This document shows, in pieces, positions 53,907 to 64,000 of a stretch of DNA of 64,000 nucleotides. The stretch comes from Cycas panzhihuaensis (taxonomy: Eukaryota > Plantae > Cycadophyta): the NCBI GenBank assembly GCA_023213395.1, contig CM041465.1, positions 139,321,741 to 139,385,740 of the forward strand. Reading direction: 5' to 3'. Position 1 is the stretch's first letter. Each line of letters begins with the position of its first letter. The notes beneath the pieces are model-generated. The model saw only the letters and a list, made by a program, of their open reading frames with translations, was not told the DNA's origin and searched no databases. Made by a program: the position numbers and the translations under genes.

Positions 53907-54735
53907 ATAGATATAGATCTCCAATATAGGTAAGTAAGACTAATATAATAAATGTAAGGAATAATTCACATGGCCTTAAGTAATCGCAATTTACTTATTT
54001 TATTAACTTCCTCAATTTCTATATTGACCTCCATTCATTGCCTTATAATTAATACATTGATAATGATTATCAAAGTAATATATTAACCCACATTAAATAT
54101 ATAAATTTCCATACTACATTAAGACATTGACTTAAAATAAAATATCAACCGATATACTTTCCTATCAAGTGACATCTTCTGACATTAGCCTATAATGCCT
54201 TAATCTATATTACTCAACATAGAGTTATATATAACATAGATTGTATCAATATTCATATTAGATTTGAGTTATATATTCATCAATATATTTGGTAATAATT
54301 ACATCACATAATGCACCACTTTGTAATCATAACATATCATTGTCAACATTCATTGATCTAGGAATTTATAGGGAAAGACATTATCGCAAGTCCTATGATC
54401 ATTGACATCTCACTTTATCACTTAATGCTAGTTATCAAGAAAGAGATATATATACTCCAACCATATTAGACTATGAAGATTCCTAATCATATACTCGACT
54501 TTTACTAAATTTTTTAAATCTTTTTTGGTTGTCCCCTTTTTATTCCATACTAGTTCTTACCAACAAAATATCTCCTTGTAAATGTTTGAAGCTATAATAA
54601 AGCCTCAATGTAAACCAAACACAAGCTCGTATATGAAGACAAGATTGATGAAGGATTTCTTTACTAAGAATTATTTAATTACCTAAAATTGTCTCCAATA
54701 TTAGTCAGGCTTAATGATGTAATCTTATTGGTATT

Positions 54736-57700
54736 TGTTAAAACATTAATGATATCCTATTTATAAATGTATCTTATGTAACTTTGCAATATAATATTGT
54801 ATCATATTAAAATTAATTTATAATGTAATATGTTATCAGGTATGTCTGTTGCTAAATAATAGGCCAATAATATTGGCTTGTTATGTCAACCAATAAGATT
54901 AATCTTCAAGGCATATCATGGTCTATAAATTATACCCAAACACTCTCATTTGCACATTGGATTATTAGATAATATGAAGCTCTACCAAATTGAGGATTGA
55001 CGGTACTAACTAATCTGGTCATCTTAGCTTCGTGTAAATAATTTATGTTGATCTATTGTCAACTTTTCTTTATCATTTAATTTCTGCATGCACATGAGTT
55101 ATTAAGATATTATCTTAAAATTTTCATGGTATTAGAGCTAGATCATATGCTTGTAATCAATTTTTCATAGGCTTTCTTAGCCTATTTATAAAAAATGATA
55201 GCCTATTTGCTTCATTAAAGAGTGTTTGCACATCGTTATACCTTCACTAATGTCGTTTGACTCACTCGAAGATCTGTACCTAACTGATATATATGCTTGA
55301 ATTCTATTTGACTATTTATAAACTACTATGCTCTCCAGATCTAGTTTGTAGCCTCTATTCTTATGTCATTCAGTGAAAAATAGAGATGGGTCATTTGTCC
55401 TCTATCATTGTCACCCCTAATAGCATTCTCTATCAACTATGTGGATCTTGCATAGTCTCACTTGAGCATTCCCTATATTTTACATCATCTTATGGGAGCC
55501 AAATTATGATCTCTTGTAATTTTCATATAGTCTAGACTTAATTTGATCGAGTTTAGTCATTGGGTTATCGTTTCTACTACTTGCTATTTACTACCACTCT
55601 CTTGGCTATTGTTGACCTTGCTCTCTATTCTCGTAACCTCTCATGGCCAAAATTTTCTTCCTAACACCTATAAGAGTTCCTCTTAAAGATTTATAATCTG
55701 ATTGATTGTAATAAACTTAATTTCAATTGAGTTTACCCTTAGTTTATTTAGCATTTTTTACATGCAAGTTTTCATCTACCCTATTTTTTTTACTTTGTAA
55801 TATTTATTTTATAAACTTTTGGTTTAATTTAATTATATTAGAATTTGATCATAAGTCTAGTAGCCCCTCATAGTTCTAATAGGTGGTCATATACTGATAC
55901 ACAATGACTGGGGGCTTATCAACTAAGGGGGCTAAAAGCCTACCCTACTTCAGTTTATTAACATGAGGAGGATTATTCACTGCTTTATTGATATCTTTAT
56001 AATGGGAGGTCTAATTTTCAAACCATAAGATCTACCAAAATTTTGACTTAGAGCTCTAAATCTTAGAGTTAGTGTTAGAGTGATTTTGGATAGAATTTTG
56101 GAGCATTTGATTTAGTTTAAGTAGATCCTTTTTTATGTGCCTTCTTTAGTCTATTTTCACTAATTAAGGAGTTATTTTACATATTGTAAAGGGTTTTTTC
56201 TGTTGTTTTCTATTCACATTCACTTCATTATCCATTCTGCCTAATTTGTAGCTAGCATTTATATTTACATTATGGTTGTAGGTGCTCCATTTGAGTAAAG
56301 GAGGTTGCTTTCATCTTACAAGCATAATCTTTCTTTGAGCACCTTAAACCCTAACTTCTTTGATTTATTTGAGTTTCCTTTTAGTCTCCTTATCATTTTT
56401 TATTAAAAAGTAACCCTCATTTAAACAATATCACTCTTAAAAATAAGTTAAACTTGAAAGATTAAAAAGATAACTCTAAATTTGAATATAAAAATATTTT
56501 CAATCTTGCAAGAGAAATAGTTAGGACCCATAAAGTTACCACTTTGCATATGCCTTTACCTTTTCTTGAACTCTATGAATATTAGAGAAAGGAATTGGTT
56601 ATAAGGTGTATTAAGTGGTCGGTTGGGGTGTAAACCATCCTTAGAGTTTAGAGGCTAGGCTAGACTCAGAGCAAGTGAGTGCCTTGGTTTGTAGTTCTTT
56701 TCTAGATCTATTGTTTAATATAAATCTAGTGTAGGTAGTGTTATGGGGGCACACTAGCTTTCTATACTCATGTACCTAGGTATAACTTGTTCATATACTA
56801 AACTATATAGAGTCCCTAAACTACCACCTATGGGTAGGTGCTACTAGATAGAATAACACCCAAGGGATTCTTAGAGATTCTTAAGACTATAACATTATAG
56901 TTTAATAGCCTCTTAGGTAAATAGGACCCAAAGACACACATGCATGGTAGCATAAATGCTAGTGTCAAACACCATTAAACTAAGTGGAACTAATAACTTT
57001 TTGACTTGGAATAAATAAGTTAAAAACCTTTTGGTTATGAATGACTATTAGGCCTATGTAAATGGATATATTGCTCAACTAACACCCACCAAGGACCCAA
57101 ACAACCTGACCAACAGATTCCACCTGATCCTATTACCTTAGTAGTCTTCAAGTCTAAGGATAATATTACCCTCTCCTTTCTTCATCATACTATAGAAGAC
57201 CAAGTTGATCAAAATATTAAAACTACTAAAACCTCTCATGAATCTTGGAGCACCTTATGCTCCCTTTATGAGAGAAAAGATTACTCTAGATCAATCACTT
57301 TGAAAGCTTACCTCTTTGCCATTCCCTTTACTAGTATTATAGCTTCACAACTTACTAAAATCAAAACTATTAGAAATCAACTCATCAACTTTAGCACCCC
57401 TCCTTTTGATCATGACTTAGTGTTTAATATTATTAACATCCTTTTTATTGAATATAATAGATTTGTCTCTTACTTATATGATAGTTTTTCCAAAATAGAC
57501 TTCAATACCTTAGAAGGACTTTTAATTAGAGAGGAGGGCATCCTAAATTAGCAAGGAGTAGTATCCACTCTTAACTTTACTCCTATATTTATAGCCAAAA
57601 ATTTAGAAAGGAACTAACCACTTCAACAACCACATTAACAACCATCTTAATAACAACCCATTGCCCAATAATTTAGTTTGTTAAACCTCACTCAACAACA

Positions 57701-59643
57701 ACAATAGCTATAACCTTTAAAGAATCAACAATAAAGAAAAAATATCATCTACTTATATTGTGGCAAGAATGGGCATCTTGTGATAGATTGTAGAAGAAGA
57801 TAAGTAGGCTTACAATTCTTACAAAATCAAGGGGGGCAAATTTTTTAGCAAAATAAGAACCAAGGTAGAAATCAAAATTAGGGGCAATTCAATAGGTAAC
57901 AACAAAGAAACCAACTAAGAAACCAAAGGTTCAATAGGAATCCCTAATAAAGGAAATGTAGTTGACTCTCAAGCTAACTTTGAGAACCTATTCTACATAG
58001 CCTTGTCATCTCAACATGAAGATAATTCTTGGTTGATTGATTCTAATGCTAGTCATCACATGATTAGTATTAAAGACTTGCTTAAGGATACACATTCTAT
58101 TAGGGCATAAACAGTAACATTTAGAGACAATCTCATATATGCTATAACTAAAATTGGAGGAGACCCCATTGCATTAAAGAACTCAAATGTTTGTAATCAC
58201 ATGAGTAATATTCTCTTGGTACTTGGTATGAAACAAAACTTGCTATTAGTTAGCTAGATTGATAAGTAAAACCTTAATGTTCTATCTTACCAAGGCATCT
58301 ACATTATCACAAATCATGTTCTAGGATAATTGAATGCTATAGAACATGAAAAGAATGAGTTATACAAGTTGGATAGAGTTCCCCTCACCATTAGACCATA
58401 ATAAGATTCATGTGCTTCTATATAAACCAATCACCTAGATAGAGGTAAAGAAATCACAATTAAAGACCTACCCATAGAACAAATCTAAGGTGAATGTTCA
58501 CACCAAGTTGAGCAACCCCTATCAAAGAGAACCAAGGATAAATTATGTTATCAACACTTAGGTTACATAAACATGCAAAGCCTTAATCTCATGTATAGGC
58601 TACAAATGGTGCATGGGTTGCAAAAAGATATGAAGAACCAATTATATTTATGAGGCTTGCTTAGTAGAAAAGCAACATAGAGAGCTATTCCCTTCCAATA
58701 AGGTATGGAATGCCTCTGAACCTTTAGGGTTAGTCCACTTAGATATATAAATAGACCTATGTTAGTTTCTTTCCTTAATGGAAGTTGGCTCCTTATGACC
58801 TTCATTGATGATTATTCGAGGAAAGTTTGGGTTTACCTTCTTCAACACAAATTTGAAGCTTTTAAGAAATTCAAGGACTTCAAGGCTAAAGTTGAAAATG
58901 AAATTAGCATGACTATTAGGGTGCTTAGATCAGACAATAAAGGAGAGTACATTTCAAGATAGTTCACTAATTTTTGCTAAAAACTTAAGATTAAATGCCA
59001 ATTCTCTGGTTCACACATACCCTAACGAATTGGTGTGGTAGAAAGAATGAACTAAACTTTAGTGAATAAGGCAAAAGCTATGTTGAGTGTTAAAAATAGT
59101 GCTACTTAATTTTGGACTAAAGCTCTCTCTACTACTGCATATCTCACACATAGAAGTTCCACTATAGTAGTAAGAGATATAACACCTAAGGAGGTTTGGT
59201 CAGGCTAAAAGTCTACTATCTCATACTTAAAGACATTTGATTGCACTGCTTACAAGTTCATCCCTAAAAGTAATAGGGAAAAGTTTGATGATAAGAGTGT
59301 TAAGCATGTTTTCATTGGTTATATACCTAAATATAAACCTTACAAGGTGTATGACCTTGTTAGAAATCAGGCATATACCACTTGGGATGTCATTTTTACT
59401 GAAGACACTCTAGACTTGGACTCTTCTTAGATTTAGTTTGTTACAATTAGTGATGTTATTATACCAAAAGTGCCTCTTGCATTAATTCTTAATCCACTTA
59501 TACCAATAACATCTTACATGCGAAGTCCATCTTTAACTCCACTAGCTTCAATCTCAAATTTATATGCTACCTTTATAATGCCACCTATGTTAGTAAATGA
59601 TCATTAGGTATAGGTCACTAGTACGCAAAACCCTCCTAAGTAG
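54736..59643 (+). mobile_element. Ty1/copia element, same family as layer 3 (5' LTR ~54736-55126, PBS, leader, gag-protease-integrase), interrupted before RT
   Basis: PBS TGGTATTAGAGC at 55127-55138. The leader 56400-56900 resembles 21780-22290. Gag NTIKLSGTNNFLTWNK, protease WLIDSNASHHM and integrase FIDDYSRKVWVY...LRSDNKGEY are present. Confidence 0.88.
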
Positions 59644-60010
59644 TATTGAAACACATCTTATGGTTGAGGTAAAAAGATGTTCATACTAACAGTAATTATA
59701 AAGCTTAGGGCGTGCAATCTCTATAGGTATGAATGAGTCCTATGGCATTAAAAACTGGTGTCCGTGTACTACTTGAGTATATATGTAATGGGAATTATTT
59801 CTTCCTATTTAAGAGGCTCAACTAATTGCATCTAAATAAGTGAGAGTGCAAAGACATCAAATGATACCTATGAAAAGGGAGAAGGCATGATGTACTCCTA
59901 AAATATAACTACATGCTCTTTCAATTTGGATGAATACACCTAGCCTATTTCTAGTAGGGATTACATTATACCCTAGTAGATTCAAGACTTGCATTAACAT
60001 AGTCCCTCCT
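59644..60010 (-). mobile_element. Probable 3' LTR (59644-59999) and PPT of a minus-strand element interrupting the copia
   Basis: Termini TATTGAAAC...TTAACA followed by AGTCCCTCCT (PPT reverse complement). It begins where the copia pol homology stops. No partner LTR is visible. Confidence 0.45.
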
Positions 60011-60649
60011 CACATTTGGGCTCAAAATCTAGTATACAATCTATTAGTTGAATCCCCTACTTAAAAATGCAATGTAACATAAATGCAAATGGAAATAAAG
60101 GGGGTGCAATACAAATAGTCTTTTTCTTTTCTTTTCTTTTTTTTGATATAAAAGAAAAGGGAAAAAAGGTGAAGAAGAGCTAGGTAAGTAAAAGCAAATC
60201 CTTTCTTTATTTCTCTCTCTCTCTCTCTCTTTTTTCTTTTTCTTTTTTTTTGAAATGAAAGAAAGGGAAAGAGGAGGGAAATGAACTGAAGGATGCAGAG
60301 GTGCAGAGTAGGACTCCAATGGTGAAATCATTATGCTCGAGTTAACATATTAGTTTAAATCTTTGGCAATATTAAAAAACACCAGGGAGGTTTTCCCACC
60401 CCATTTATAGGATATTTTATGGAGACAGTAAGCGCCTCAATACGATCTACACATTATCCACTGTAAATTTAAATTAACATTAAAAATATAATAAAAAAAC
60501 TTAAACACGTACCTTAAGAATAATATGTCAGTATCTGGAGGCTCTATGTGGCTTAGTGTGTGATTCTAGGTGCCCTAGGGAGTCCCAAAGGTGGCTTTGA
60601 GGGGCCCTAGATGCACCTCTTCATAGAAACATTAGGGGTTATCCCAATG

Positions 60650-63600
60650 TTCTCCCTCATAATGCTCAATGTGAATGACTCCCAAACTTTCTCTAAATTT
60701 TTAGAATTTAAATTTGCTGAATGCCTTTGTAAATATATCTACTGTTTGGTCTTCAGTGATATAATAGGCCAATTCAATTTCTTCTACTTGTACTAATTAT
60801 CAAATAAAATGGTGTTGAATCTTGATATATTTCATTCTACCATGGAAGACCAGATTCTTTGCCATTTGGTTGGTGCTATAATTATCACACCAAATTCTAG
60901 TGGAACCTTTCCTTTTAAGTTAGAAATCTTGTAATAGTCTTCTCAACCAAACTAACTCACATACACCTACTACTAATACTTTGTATTCTTCCTTAGTTGT
61001 GGATAAGGAAACTGTGTTCTACTTCTTTGTGCTCCATGTTATTGCTACTAATCCCATGCTGAACATATAACCTATTGTAGATTTTTTGTTATCAATGTCT
61101 CCTGCCCAATTTGAATCTGTATAGTTAGTTAACTAAAAATTTGGAGAAGCTTTATAGTATAGCCCATAATTTGGAGTTCCTTTGAGATATTAAAGGATTC
61201 TCTTAGCTGCTTACCAGTGAGAGGTCTTTGGATTTTGCATGAACCTAGATACAACACTAACTAAATGTGTTATATCTAGTTGAGTGGATATTAAATATGT
61301 CAAACTACCAATAAGCTATGTGTAAAGTGTTGGGTCAATTGAAGTAGAGTCATCTATCTTAGAGAGTTTGATTCTTATTTTGGTAGGGGTTGCCAATGGT
61401 TTATAATCTATTATTCTAAACTCTTGTAGTAGGTCCAAGGTATATTTTCATTAGGAGATGAAAATTCCCTTCTTATCTTGCCAAACTTCCAATCCTAGGA
61501 AGTAATGCATAAGTTCTAAATATGTCTTCTTGAATTCTTTACACATAGCATCTTTGAATTGATATAATAAGTGGAAGTCATTTCTAGTATATACAAGGTC
61601 ATCCACATAAAGACCTATAATTAGGATTAAAATTTCCTTGATTTTAATATATAAGTTAGGGTCTACTTGAGATCTTTCAAATCCTTGATCTCTGAAACAT
61701 TTATCTATGTTGGAATACCAAGCCCTTGGTGCTTGTATTAAACCATAGAGTGCCTTTTTCAGTTTATATGCTTTGTTCTCTTACCCCCTGAATGAAAAAT
61801 TGAGGGGTTGAGTGATATAGATGTCTTCTTTGATGTAGACATTGAGAAAGACACTGTTACCATCCATTTGGTAAACTTTCCAACCCATTTATGCTACTAG
61901 GCTCATCATCATTCTAATATATTCCATTTGAGCAATAGGGACAAAAGTTTCAATATAGTCAATGCCTTCTTTTTTATCATACCTCTTTACAACCAACCTA
62001 ACTTTATACTTGTCAATGGAGCCATCTAAGCAAAACTTGGTCTTATAGATCCATTTTGTACCAGTAATCTTTTTCTTTGGAGGTAAATCAACTAGCTCCC
62101 ATGTGTCATTCTTAACAATGGAGTTGTATTAATCTTCCATAGATTTTTTCCAACATTCATGTCAATTGGCCTTAGCAAAGTTTTTAGGCTCACGAGTCTT
62201 CAATACCTTGCTCATTAGGGTAAAGTTAACCCTATGTCAGTATGTAGATCTTTGATTATTATCCAAGATATTGCCCAAGTCATGATTTCAATGAACCCAT
62301 TTTGGTAAGTTTTGTGGTGGAGGTTGAGATGAAGTTCCCTCACCACTAGGTTCATTAGTGCTTCTCCTAGAATCAAACATAGAAGGTACATATTTAGTTT
62401 TGGTAGATGTATCAAACTTTATTAGAACCTCCTTTTTCTTTTCTTAAGGGTCTTGATAGTAGGTATCTTCTTGGAACTTAACATCCCTACTTAACATGAC
62501 TTTCCTTGATTTGGGATCATATGCCTTGTACGACTTGGAAGTTTCACTATAGCTAAGGAAAATACATTTGACATTGTGATCATCTAGTTTTGATCTTTAT
62601 TGATCAGGGATGTGAGCATAGGCAAGACATCCAAATACTCTAAGATGATGCATGCTTAGTTTGTAACAAGTCCAAGCTTCTTCTAGAGTTTTCCACCTAA
62701 GAGCTTTGGTGGAGCACCTATTGAGTAAATAAATAGCTGTGTGTACTGCTTCAACCCAAAACACATGGCCCAAATTCTTGTCCTTAAACATATAGCTAGC
62801 CATTTTGACTATAGTGCAATTTTTCCTCTTCGTTGCACCATTTTGCTATGGGATGTAGGGATTAGTGAACTGTCTTCTAATTCCATGATGTACATAATAA
62901 TATTTAAATGCATATAAGATAAACTCTCTCCCATTATCCAATCTTAGGGATAAAAGTTTGTATCCACTTTGTTGCTCCACAAAGGTTGTGAAGTCAACAA
63001 AGTGTTGGAAGGCATTTGATTTATACTTGAGGAAGAACACCCATGTCTTCCTTATAAAGTCATCGATGAATATAATGAAGTATTTTACACTTGCTAGTAA
63101 AGGAGTGTTTATAGGACCACAAATATTTATGTATACTAATTAGAGAGGAGTTGATGCTTGATGACTATAATCTAGAAAATTTTCCTTATGGTGTTTTCTA
63201 GGAAGGCGCCCTTCACATAAATTTTTATTCACCTCAATATGTGGTAAACCATTGACCATATCCAACCACTTCATAAGGGTCAAACTATTGTAATTGAGAT
63301 GGCCAAACCTTTTATACCACAACTCACTATCCAAGTTAGCTAAAGTTCTCAAAGCACATGTATCTAAAGGAGTAAGTATATATTTGAATAAGTGATCCTT
63401 AGTCATTTTCCCTTTAACAATAATAGCTTTATTTCTTCTTTTATCTTTATGACACACTCACTATTGTTAAGAATGACTCTGTAGTCCTATCCCATTATCT
63501 GCCCTACTAATAATAAGTTTTTCCTTAGAGATAGGATATACAAGACATCATCTAGATGTCTGTATTCTCCTATATCCATCATCAAGGCTATATTACATCT

Positions 63601-64000
63601 ACCAATTGATTCATGGGAGGTATCATCTACAAACATAATGGATCATTTTCTGCTTTTATTCAAAGTTTGAAACAAGTGTTCTTTATATATCATATGAGTT
63701 GAATATCCTAAATCAATATATTAGCTATTGTATTCTTCCTCCTTAGTAGTGAATCTAAATAGAAATAACCTATTATTGTCCCTTGATTCAGTTGTATTAT
63801 GTGCATGCTCTCTAGTGGGTGGTCCATATTTTGAGAATTATTTATCTTCAAAATGGCCACTTTTATGGCAATATAAACAATATAGGGGATCTCTCCTTTT
63901 ATATCTTAAGCTCTTACTTCGTGGATAAGATCGATCAACATTGGAGGATCTCCCCCTTTCTTCATAATGTTGAGGATGATTTTCTCTTGATTTATTGTCA
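60650..64000 (-). mobile_element. Degenerate Ty1/copia pol (protease-integrase-RT-RNase H) running in from the right edge
   Basis: Minus-strand motifs LWYKRFGHLN, LRLDNGREF, FWVEAVHTAIYLLNR, YVDD (~61598-61609), AKNLVFHGRMKYI and DIFTKA. The PPT reverse complement TTCTCCCTC is at 60650-60658. Confidence 0.93.

Overview
AT-rich (roughly 30% GC by eye), strongly CpG-depleted land-plant nuclear DNA, gymnosperm-like by inference. It has no intact protein-coding gene and consists almost entirely of decayed, nested LTR retrotransposons: Ty1/copia, Ty3/gypsy, gag-only and non-coding elements, and solo LTRs. LTR pairs, PBS/PPT sites and target-site duplications let me reconstruct a four-layer nest from about 19.1 to 48.6 kb. 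A minus-strand copia is split by a gag-only element (19675-44438). That element is split by a copia (19995-41268), which is in turn split by a 13.9-kb block of host DNA (22296-36195) bounded by TTAAC direct repeats. The block starts with a ~6.1-kb near-identical copy of 3228-9659 and carries the only clearly functional genes in the window, a divergent tRNA-Asn(GTT)/tRNA-Gln(CTG) pair in a CpG-retaining island. Two unrelated gag-only elements carry tandem 'LTR-end + PBS' units. All coordinates and identities were read by eye, with no alignments run.
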